32,000 nt of DNA from Cuniculiplasma divulgatum (GTDB taxonomy: Archaea > Thermoplasmatota > Thermoplasmata > Thermoplasmatales > Thermoplasmataceae): assembly GCF_900083515.1 (NCBI RefSeq), contig NZ_LT671858.1, positions 450,001 through 482,000 of the forward strand, read 5' to 3'. The translations under genes were made by a program, and so were the position numbers. Positions 24,738 to 32,000 of the stretch are shown piece by piece (the stretch's first letter is position 1; every line of letters begins with the position of its first letter). The notes below the pieces were generated by a model, which did no database searches, was not told the DNA's origin, and was given only the letters and a program-made list of their open reading frames with translations.

Positions 24738-27107
24738 ATGAATTCAGGGGAAGCGTTTGGAAAGCCAGGCATACCACCTAAATGGACGTCAAGTGCAAAG
24801 GAAGGAGTCGGAACTTCCCTGAGGAGATGCTCAAGACTCCATTTTACAGTTTCACATGGAATAGTAAATGAGGTATATTATCCCGGGGTGGATATTGCCC
24901 AGATCAGGGATCATCAGCTTCTCATAACAGATGGAAAATTTTTTTTTGAGGAAAGAAGGGGAACATCTCATAGCATTCAGTGGATAAAATCAGGGATTCC
25001 GGCCTATAGAATAGTTAATGACGATAAGGATCTAAGGTTTAAAGTAGAAAAGACAGTATTTATTGATAGCGAGAATGATGTCCTTGTACAGCATGTTGTA
25101 TTCATCAAAAATGATCAAAAGGATAACATCTCCATTTACTCTCTACTCTCCCCACACTTGATGAATGGAGGAATGGGTAATACTGCGTGGAACGGGAACT
25201 ACAAGGGAAGAAGAATGCAATTCGCATCGAAGGGTGGAATTTTCATGGCCCTTTTTATTCCCGAAGTTTCAGGCAAAATGAGCTGTGGTTTTTCAGGGTA
25301 TTCAGACGGATTCCAGGATATAGCAAATAATAAAACCATGACCTATGAATTCAGTTCAGCCACTGATGGCAATGTGGCAATAACAACTGAAATACTGCTT
25401 GAAAAGCAAAACTCATTTAACATGTACATAGCATTCGGAACCACTATGGAGGAGGCTGCTCTTAAGGTACTAAAATCCAGCAACCTAAACTGGGAAAGCA
25501 TTCTTAACGATTATGTGCAGCACTGGGTGACATATAAAAAGTACAGTGCAAAGAATATTCTTGTAAAGAAAAAATATGATCTGCTAGAGCCAAGTCTTGC
25601 AGTAATAAGAACACATGTTTCAAAGGAGCCTCTGGCAGGTGGAATTATAGCGAGCCTTTCCATCCCATGGGGAAACTTCAAGGGTGATGATGATCTTGGT
25701 GGTTATCATCTCATATGGCCAAGGGACATGGTCGAGGCAGCGCAGGCACTTCTCATTCTAGGAGATATTGATGGTTCTGTGGACGCCCTGCGATATCTTC
25801 AATCAACTCAGGAATCCGATGGCCACTGGCCACAGAATATGTGGCTTAATGGGAAGCAGTACTGGGGAGGCATTCAGATGGATGAAACTGCCTTTCCAAT
25901 AGTACTTTTATATAATCTGTGGAAGGGGGGATATGTAAAACTTGAAAACTTCAGCGATATGCTGATAAGGGCATTATCATTCATCGTTGCCAATGGTCCG
26001 GTTACTGATCAGGATAGATGGGAGGAGGATGGTGGATATTCAAGTTTTACCATAGCCGTTGAAATATCTGCCCTCTGCTATGGGTCTGAAATGATCGACC
26101 AGCTTGGTTTTCATGAAGAGTCTAACAAAATTCAGCTTGTAGCAGATATTTATAATAGCAACATCGAAAGATGGCTTTACAGAGAGAATTCTGACCTGGA
26201 CAGTAAATATGGCGTTACAGGGCATTTTGTGAGGATATCACAGGTAGAAGAAGATATACAATCAAACGATTATATTCCAATAAAAAACAGGCCATGGTCT
26301 TCATCACTTGTGAAAACGGAGGAGACAGTTAGCACGGGAGTGTTATCACTTGTGAGATTTGGTTTAAGACCTCATGATCATGAAGGTATCATAAATACTG
26401 TTAAGATCATAGATGGTGAACTGAAGACAGAAACAAAATCTGGACCAGTATGGCACAGGTACAACCATGATGGATATGGAGAACACAATGACGGTACTGG
26501 CTTCAACGGTACAGGTCATGGTCGTGGATGGCCATTGCTCTCAGGAGAAAGAGCCCATTACGAAATTTCCAGAGGAAACATGAGTGAAGCGATACAGTTA
26601 TTGCATACCATGGAAAGGGATGCTAACGTGGGTGGAATGATTCCTGAGCAGATATGGGATGGAGACGACATTCCAGAAAGAGGCCTCTATAATGGTCGCC
26701 CATCAGGTTCTGCAATGCCTCTTGTCTGGGCTCATGCTGAATATGTTAAACTCTGCTGGGCAATAGAAAATGGGAGGCCATTTGAAAGAAATGAAATCGC
26801 ATATTCCAGATATGTGGAAAGAAAGATCAGGATAAATGAAGACATATGGAGCTTCAAAAATAAGATTAAAAGACTAAAATCGAAATCATCAATTATGTTT
26901 ATTCTCGATGAGGATTGCTTCGTACGGTTGACAGGGAATAACTGGAAAGATATGAACGACATTCATTCAAAGAGTATGTTCAGTAAGGTTCACTACATTG
27001 AAGTTGATCTAACAACAATTAAAACTGAAACTCAGCTTGAATTTACATTCTTCTGGAAAAAAAGCAATAGATGGGAAGGTATGAACTATACAGTAGAGTT
27101 ACTTTGA
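24738..27107 (+). CDS. Glycoside hydrolase family 15 glucoamylase (glucan 1,4-alpha-glucosidase) with an extra C-terminal domain
   Basis: 789 aa. The N-terminus AFGKPGIPPKWTSSAKEGVGTS is typical of prokaryotic GH15. Catalytic-domain motifs are GGYHLIWPRDM, WPQNMWLNG, QMDETAFP, DRWEEDGGYS and MPLVWAHAEYVKL. About 120 aa follow, ending FTFFWKKSNRWEGMNYTVELL. Confidence 0.9.
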   Translation: MNSGEAFGKPGIPPKWTSSAKEGVGTSLRRCSRLHFTVSHGIVNEVYYPGVDIAQIRDHQLLITDGKFFFEERRGTSHSIQWIKSGIPAYRIVNDDKDLRFKVEKTVFIDSENDVLVQHVVFIKNDQKDNISIYSLLSPHLMNGGMGNTAWNGNYKGRRMQFASKGGIFMALFIPEVSGKMSCGFSGYSDGFQDIANNKTMTYEFSSATDGNVAITTEILLEKQNSFNMYIAFGTTMEEAALKVLKSSNLNWESILNDYVQHWVTYKKYSAKNILVKKKYDLLEPSLAVIRTHVSKEPLAGGIIASLSIPWGNFKGDDDLGGYHLIWPRDMVEAAQALLILGDIDGSVDALRYLQSTQESDGHWPQNMWLNGKQYWGGIQMDETAFPIVLLYNLWKGGYVKLENFSDMLIRALSFIVANGPVTDQDRWEEDGGYSSFTIAVEISALCYGSEMIDQLGFHEESNKIQLVADIYNSNIERWLYRENSDLDSKYGVTGHFVRISQVEEDIQSNDYIPIKNRPWSSSLVKTEETVSTGVLSLVRFGLRPHDHEGIINTVKIIDGELKTETKSGPVWHRYNHDGYGEHNDGTGFNGTGHGRGWPLLSGERAHYEISRGNMSEAIQLLHTMERDANVGGMIPEQIWDGDDIPERGLYNGRPSGSAMPLVWAHAEYVKLCWAIENGRPFERNEIAYSRYVERKIRINEDIWSFKNKIKRLKSKSSIMFILDEDCFVRLTGNNWKDMNDIHSKSMFSKVHYIEVDLTTIKTETQLEFTFFWKKSNRWEGMNYTVELL

Positions 27108-28433
27108 GGCAACTCCTACTCCTCTGGAAACACTGGTCTGATTTACCCCTGCCTTAATTTTCAATGACCCAATATAGCCAATTGCAACAATAAAGGCTGC
27201 AATCATGAAATCTCCTCCAAAGCCAAGATATATAACAATATATCCTGATATAAATGCTCCAATGATCTGCCCAACCCCAAGGATCGAATTATAATAACCA
27301 ATTGCCCTTCCTCTGGTTTCCGTGTCAGCCATTGTGGTGACTGATGTTATCTGGGTTATGCTAATATAACTCCACACAAATCCCATGGCACCATAGATGA
27401 GTATGATCAGGATCATGTATCCAAACGAGTATAGTCCCATGAATGGAATTATGCTTGTGGCTGCAAAAACAACCATTCTTACCGCGAGAGGAATGTATAT
27501 GGCCTTTTGCAAACTCCTTTTCTTTATATAGTTTCCCGATAGATTGAAGGAGACCACAGAAAAAGCACTGTTCAGTAGATACATTATGTAAACTATATCC
27601 TCTGTGGCATTGTATTTGTCTATGAGGAATACAGGATAGGGAGTGAAAAATGTTTGAAATCCAACCATGAGTAAACCACAGAGAATTATGTACATTATCA
27701 ACGATCTGCTTGTTTTGACCCCTCTCTTTTTACCAAAAAGGCGCACTATGTGTACTACGTAAGATGGTGCATACCTTGTTCTTTCAAAACTTCTCACTGA
27801 GAATATATTCGGAATCCTTGATCTTCTAATTTTGGTGGAAGACTCCTTTAAGAGAAAATAGGCTAATATGAAGGCTACAAGGTAAATAAATGCAGAAATC
27901 AGGTAGATATCCTTCAGTATTTCAATAGATGATGGATTTCTCACAACTATAACAAGTCCAAGTGAAAGTCCCACAACCGTTCCTACGGTTGAAATTGCAC
28001 TGAATACAGCCACAGTTTTGGACCATTGACTTTCAATTTCGTTCTCTATCACGAGAAGAGTGGATACAGGAACGGAGGCCATTGCAAAGAACTGATACAC
28101 TACAAGTATCCCTATGTAGTCAAGGATGTTTGTTGTAAACATAATGAAAAAAAGAGATAGAAATGATCCCATGAAACCTATGAGAATAAATATTTTCCTT
28201 TTCTTCACATTATCAGATATATTTCCCCATAGAATGAGTGCAACCACAGAAGATAGGGATGAAAGAGATGATGCAATACCCACAAAGACAACATTCTGCC
28301 TGAAATACAGTGAAATGAAAAGAGGAATCATTGGTGTAAGGAGTCCCGCCGACATGTTTGAAAAAATGTACGCCAGATACCACAAACGCCACCTTCTGCT
28401 GTAGCTTACAGGATATTCACTTTGTTCGACCAT
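27099..28433 (-). CDS. Major facilitator superfamily transporter
   Basis: 444 aa, about 12 TM, with an MFS-like loop motif GNISDNVKKRKIF between TM2 and TM3. Its 3' end overlaps the glucoamylase 3' end by 9 nt. Confidence 0.8.
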   Translation of the reverse strand: MVEQSEYPVSYSRRWRLWYLAYIFSNMSAGLLTPMIPLFISLYFRQNVVFVGIASSLSSLSSVVALILWGNISDNVKKRKIFILIGFMGSFLSLFFIMFTTNILDYIGILVVYQFFAMASVPVSTLLVIENEIESQWSKTVAVFSAISTVGTVVGLSLGLVIVVRNPSSIEILKDIYLISAFIYLVAFILAYFLLKESSTKIRRSRIPNIFSVRSFERTRYAPSYVVHIVRLFGKKRGVKTSRSLIMYIILCGLLMVGFQTFFTPYPVFLIDKYNATEDIVYIMYLLNSAFSVVSFNLSGNYIKKRSLQKAIYIPLAVRMVVFAATSIIPFMGLYSFGYMILIILIYGAMGFVWSYISITQITSVTTMADTETRGRAIGYYNSILGVGQIIGAFISGYIVIYLGFGGDFMIAAFIVAIGYIGSLKIKAGVNQTSVSRGVGVASK

Positions 28434-28474
28434 CAGGTCACTTTTTGACCCTATGGAGCATTGGTTTAAATTTT

Positions 28475-29479
28475 TTACCTAAAACCATCCATTTCCGTGA
28501 TTGGAATGGATGCTCTGTTGATCCGGTTCATAATTGAGAAAAAGTATCCATTTTCATCGAATTTCTCTATAATACCGGCCCGATATTCAGTCTTATCGAG
28601 TTCTCTTAGACAATTATATAGATTACCTGAAATTGAAACAGGATCATTTCGACTTCCCAGTATTAGTTTATTTCCTCGAATCATCTGTCCCAGTTCTGAT
28701 GAAACGATAGGAAGAATATCATTCCTGCTTTTGATCACTCTGAGCAATGCTTCAGGGTCTGCCCTGTAAACATTCTTCGAGGGAGAATAATGCCTGTATT
28801 TCATTCCTGGAGACATAACTTTTTCTCCAGTCTTTGCATATTCTACCTTTTTGAAAATCCTGAGAAGATCATCTTCTGTATAGGCACCTGGTCTCAGGAT
28901 TGTGCATTTTTCTCCCTCGGGCAGGATCACAGTTGATTCAATTCCTATTCTTGTTCTCCCAGCATTATACATCAAATCAACCCGATCCCACAATTCTTCC
29001 CTGACATGTGAAATGGATGTTGCACTGGGTCTTCCAGAAATGTTGGCACTTGGGGCAGCAACAGGTAAATCTGACCTTCTTATCAGATCTCTGGTAAAAT
29101 TGCAGTCAGGTATTCGCATACCTATGGTATTAAGACCTGCACTGGCAACGGAAGAAATAATATCTCTCTTTCTTACAATTACAGTCAGTGGTCCAGGCCA
29201 TAATCTTTCAAGTTCTTTTGCTTTTTCCACCTCATCCCAGTAACCATATCTGTTAAGATCACTGGTATCACTTAGGTGGATTATAAGTGGATTATCCTGA
29301 GGTCTTCCCTTTGCAGTGAAAATTTTTGAACATGCAGAGTCAGAAGTCGCATCGGCTCCCAGTCCATAGACAGTTTCTGTTGGAAAGATCACCGTGCCTC
29401 CTCTCCTTAAAATTTCTATACCTGGAATAAGCGTTTCAGGATTGTAAGTGGTACAGTCAGTATTTATTGTTATGGTCAT
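28475..29479 (-). CDS. sua5: Threonylcarbamoyl-AMP synthase (Sua5/YrdC/YciO family, with a Sua5 C-terminal domain)
   Basis: 334 aa. Motifs FPTETVYGLGADATS, KGRPQDNPLIIH, PSANISGRPSATS and MKYRHYSP. Confidence 0.9.
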   Translation of the reverse strand: MTITINTDCTTYNPETLIPGIEILRRGGTVIFPTETVYGLGADATSDSACSKIFTAKGRPQDNPLIIHLSDTSDLNRYGYWDEVEKAKELERLWPGPLTVIVRKRDIISSVASAGLNTIGMRIPDCNFTRDLIRRSDLPVAAPSANISGRPSATSISHVREELWDRVDLMYNAGRTRIGIESTVILPEGEKCTILRPGAYTEDDLLRIFKKVEYAKTGEKVMSPGMKYRHYSPSKNVYRADPEALLRVIKSRNDILPIVSSELGQMIRGNKLILGSRNDPVSISGNLYNCLRELDKTEYRAGIIEKFDENGYFFSIMNRINRASIPITEMDGFR

Positions 29480-29526
29480 AAATCCTGTACCGTAATTTTT
29501 TATATATAATCATTCTATGGAATGAC

Positions 29527-31905
29527 ATGAAAAAGATATTAGGATATGATATTTATTATAAAATAGACGTTGAAAAACTGAGTTTTTCAGGGAAGGAGAC
29601 CATATCCGGGGAATCAGATAAATCTATATGGTTAAATTATTCAGGCATAGCCATAGAGAGTTTCAGGGTGAATGGAAAGGAGACTCCATTCGAAACAGAT
29701 CAGAAGGAGCAGTTGATAAAATGTTTAACACCTTATACTGGTAAATTTGAAATAGAAATCCATTTTTCAGGAAAAATTGATGAAAGCCTTAACGGAATAT
29801 ACTATTCCAGAGAAAATGGGTTCGTATTTGTCAGTACGCAATTTGAGGCTACAGGTGCAAGATATGCATTTCCATGTGTTGATAATCCAGAATTCAAGGC
29901 CGAATTCAGGGTAACCATGGATATCCCATCTGACTATGATGGAATTTCAAACATGCCGCCTGAAAGGATAGAGGATCATGAAGGCAGAAAAATAATTACA
30001 TTCCAGAAAACACCCAGAATGTCAACATATCTACTCTATTTGGGGGCATCAAGGTATGATATGTTAGAAGGAAAGCATGAAGAAAAACCCATATACCTTG
30101 CATCTGCAAAGGGAAAAATGCAGGCCAGTAAAATGCCCATAGGCATGGCTTCTGACACCCTGACCTTTTTTGAGGACTATTTCGACATAAAATATCAACT
30201 ACCCAAGCTTCATCTCATAGCCGTTCCTGAATTCGCTTTCGGGGCAATGGAGAACTGGGGTGCGATCACATTCAGGGAAATTGAGCTGATGGTAAATGAA
30301 AGTACGAGTTCAGCGATTCTTAAGAGAGTGGATGAGGTAATCTCTCACGAACTTGCTCACCAGTGGTTTGGTGATCTAGTTACAATGAAATGGTGGGATG
30401 ATCTATGGCTTAATGAAAGCTTTGCAACCTTTATGAGTTATAAGGCTCTGGAACACAAGCACCCAGAGTGGGAAATAATGGGCGAGATGGTAACCGGGGA
30501 GACAGGAGGTGCAATGACAGGCGATAGTCTCAGGAATACGCATCCGATCCATGTGGAAGTAAAAAACCCAGATGAAATATCACAGATTTTTGATGAGATA
30601 AGTTATGGAAAGGGAGGCAGTATATTAAGGATGATTGAAGCTTTCGTGGAGCCTGATAATTTCAGAAATGGAGTGAGGGAGTATCTTAAGGGGCACAGTT
30701 TTGGCAATGCTATAGGTCAAAATCTCTGGGAGTCGATAGAGAAAGTTTCAAAGAAGCCTGTTTCGAAAATCATGGACGCCTGGATTACAAAAGCTGGATA
30801 CCCACAGATTGAGGCATCCGTAAATGGAAATAAGATAAAACTTCATCAAACAAGATTCTTCCTTGATGGCAGTCCTGACAACACACTATGGCCAGTCCCA
30901 TTAACTGTGGTATACTCTGATGGAGTAAAATCATTCCTTATGGATGAAGAGGAAATGGAAATACCGCTACAGAGCTTCCAGTATATAAATAGTAATAGAA
31001 CAGGGTTCTACAGGGTAAAATATGATGGTGAGTTAAATGAAAATATAAAGAAAGTTGCACCAACCACCATGGATAAATTCTCAAGATGGGGACTTATTTC
31101 CGATTATTCATCTCTCTACTTTTCTAGAAAGATTTCCATTGATGAGCTAATATCTATTCTGAATATGTTCCAATCTGACATGGAATATATGGTTATGGAT
31201 GAAATATCTGGAATAATAATGAGTTTACACAACATTCTTCAAAATTCCAGAAAGATTGACTCATTTGGCATATCCTATCTTAATGGTATGTTGAATTCCC
31301 TTGGCACATTTAAGAGTGGTGAACCAATCAATATTACAGTGATAAGAGGAAGAATGCAATCGGTTCTTTCACTGATAGATCTGGATTATGCAAAGAAGAC
31401 TGCAAACAGGCTCAGTGACTTCGAGAAAGTATCTCCAGATGAAAGGCAGTCTGTGGCTTATGCCTATGCAATGGCAAGAAACGATCTGGATGGTCTTCTG
31501 AAAAAACTTGAAACACTCAGAGTAGACGAGGACAAAATTAAGATAATAAGTGCAATGGGTCATCTAAAAGGAAATGAAAATCTTACAGCTGTATGGGGTC
31601 TTATCAGGGACGGAAAAATAAAAAAACAGGATTCATTCAGGGCCATAATGGCAGCATCAGGAGAGGCACAGAACAGACAGTTTATTGTTGATAACATGGA
31701 AGAAATTGTTTCGACACTGGACAGATTCTTTGAGGGAACCGGATACACATCAAGATTCCTTGAATCAATGATACCTTATCTGGGACTGCAGGATGAAAAA
31801 TCTGTGAAGGAATATATATCAGGAAAAAACGAGCCATCATGGGAAAAGGGAGTGAGGAAAGGACTGGAGTACCTTAACATATATAAAAAGGTAAATACTG
31901 AGTAA
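29527..31905 (+). CDS. M1-family zinc aminopeptidase, tricorn-protease-interacting-factor F2/F3 type
   Basis: 792 aa. Exopeptidase motif GAMENWG, zinc motif HELAHQWFGDLVTMKWWDDLWLNESFA (HExxH-18-E), and a long helical C-terminal domain. The size matches Thermoplasma tricorn interacting factors. Confidence 0.9.
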   Translation: MKKILGYDIYYKIDVEKLSFSGKETISGESDKSIWLNYSGIAIESFRVNGKETPFETDQKEQLIKCLTPYTGKFEIEIHFSGKIDESLNGIYYSRENGFVFVSTQFEATGARYAFPCVDNPEFKAEFRVTMDIPSDYDGISNMPPERIEDHEGRKIITFQKTPRMSTYLLYLGASRYDMLEGKHEEKPIYLASAKGKMQASKMPIGMASDTLTFFEDYFDIKYQLPKLHLIAVPEFAFGAMENWGAITFREIELMVNESTSSAILKRVDEVISHELAHQWFGDLVTMKWWDDLWLNESFATFMSYKALEHKHPEWEIMGEMVTGETGGAMTGDSLRNTHPIHVEVKNPDEISQIFDEISYGKGGSILRMIEAFVEPDNFRNGVREYLKGHSFGNAIGQNLWESIEKVSKKPVSKIMDAWITKAGYPQIEASVNGNKIKLHQTRFFLDGSPDNTLWPVPLTVVYSDGVKSFLMDEEEMEIPLQSFQYINSNRTGFYRVKYDGELNENIKKVAPTTMDKFSRWGLISDYSSLYFSRKISIDELISILNMFQSDMEYMVMDEISGIIMSLHNILQNSRKIDSFGISYLNGMLNSLGTFKSGEPINITVIRGRMQSVLSLIDLDYAKKTANRLSDFEKVSPDERQSVAYAYAMARNDLDGLLKKLETLRVDEDKIKIISAMGHLKGNENLTAVWGLIRDGKIKKQDSFRAIMAASGEAQNRQFIVDNMEEIVSTLDRFFEGTGYTSRFLESMIPYLGLQDEKSVKEYISGKNEPSWEKGVRKGLEYLNIYKKVNTE

Positions 31906-31909
31906 AGTT

Positions 31910-32000
31910 CTAAAAGGCTTTTGTCACGTGCAGGTCCTGTACCAGCACAGAGGCCATTATGGACGGAGAAACCTCTTCCCAGAATTTCACATTTTTAAGT
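31910..32000 (-). CDS. 3' end of an unidentified minus-strand ORF running off the right edge
   Basis: The minus-strand frame reads ..LKNVKFWEEVSPSIMASVLVQDLHVTKAF, then stop (CTA at 31910-31912). It is too short to identify. Confidence 0.3.
   Translation of the reverse strand, partial: LKNVKFWEEVSPSIMASVLVQDLHVTKAF

Noticed and set aside
24939-24947. T9 homopolymer inside the glucoamylase gene, as a possible frameshift or phase-variation site
   Set aside because: The run is read in frame as Phe-Phe-Phe (DGKFFFEERRG), and the GH15 homology continues on both sides. There is no evidence of disruption.

Overview
This is a compact, AT-rich chromosomal segment that looks archaeal and Thermoplasmatales-like (Ferroplasma/Picrophilus/Thermoplasma type). 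The lineage call rests on gene content: a Thermoplasma-type mevalonate-3-kinase homolog, a tricorn-interacting-factor-type M1 aminopeptidase, an archaeal GH15 glucoamylase, a single-OB-fold SSB/RPA, Sec61-beta, an ATP-dependent DNA ligase and class III (pilin-like) signal peptides. I cannot verify the lineage without a database search.

Most of the window is housekeeping:
- lig and an SSB
- an sdhA-sdhB-anchor operon
- purE-purK
- a pyruvate-oxidase-like TPP enzyme
- Sua5
- an MFS transporter, a CPA2 antiporter and an MscS-like channel

I found no rRNA, tRNA, CRISPR array or transposase.

Observations worth a second look:
1. Two tandem paralogous giant (about 1000 aa) proteins carry pilin-type N-termini. 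They bracket a DsrE-like/TauE cassette, and one runs off the left edge and is absent from the ORF track.
2. A type IV toxin-antitoxin AbiEi/AbiEii module sits in a visibly more AT-rich patch. It carries a frameshift in an A8 run plus two in-frame stop codons, and a perfect 16-bp palindrome lies just upstream.
3. An intact Dam-family (D12 class) methyltransferase homolog has lost both the SAM-loop and the DPPY catalytic motif.
4. Two DsrE-like paralogs retain the conserved Cys. Each is tightly coupled to a different partner, one to TauE and one to a signal-less PBP-like protein.
5. Three small genes fall below the ORF-track cutoff: Sec61-beta, a 56-aa two-TM ORF in the sdh operon, and a winged-helix ORF without a usable start codon.

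All functional calls come from motif recognition by eye. None has been checked against a database.
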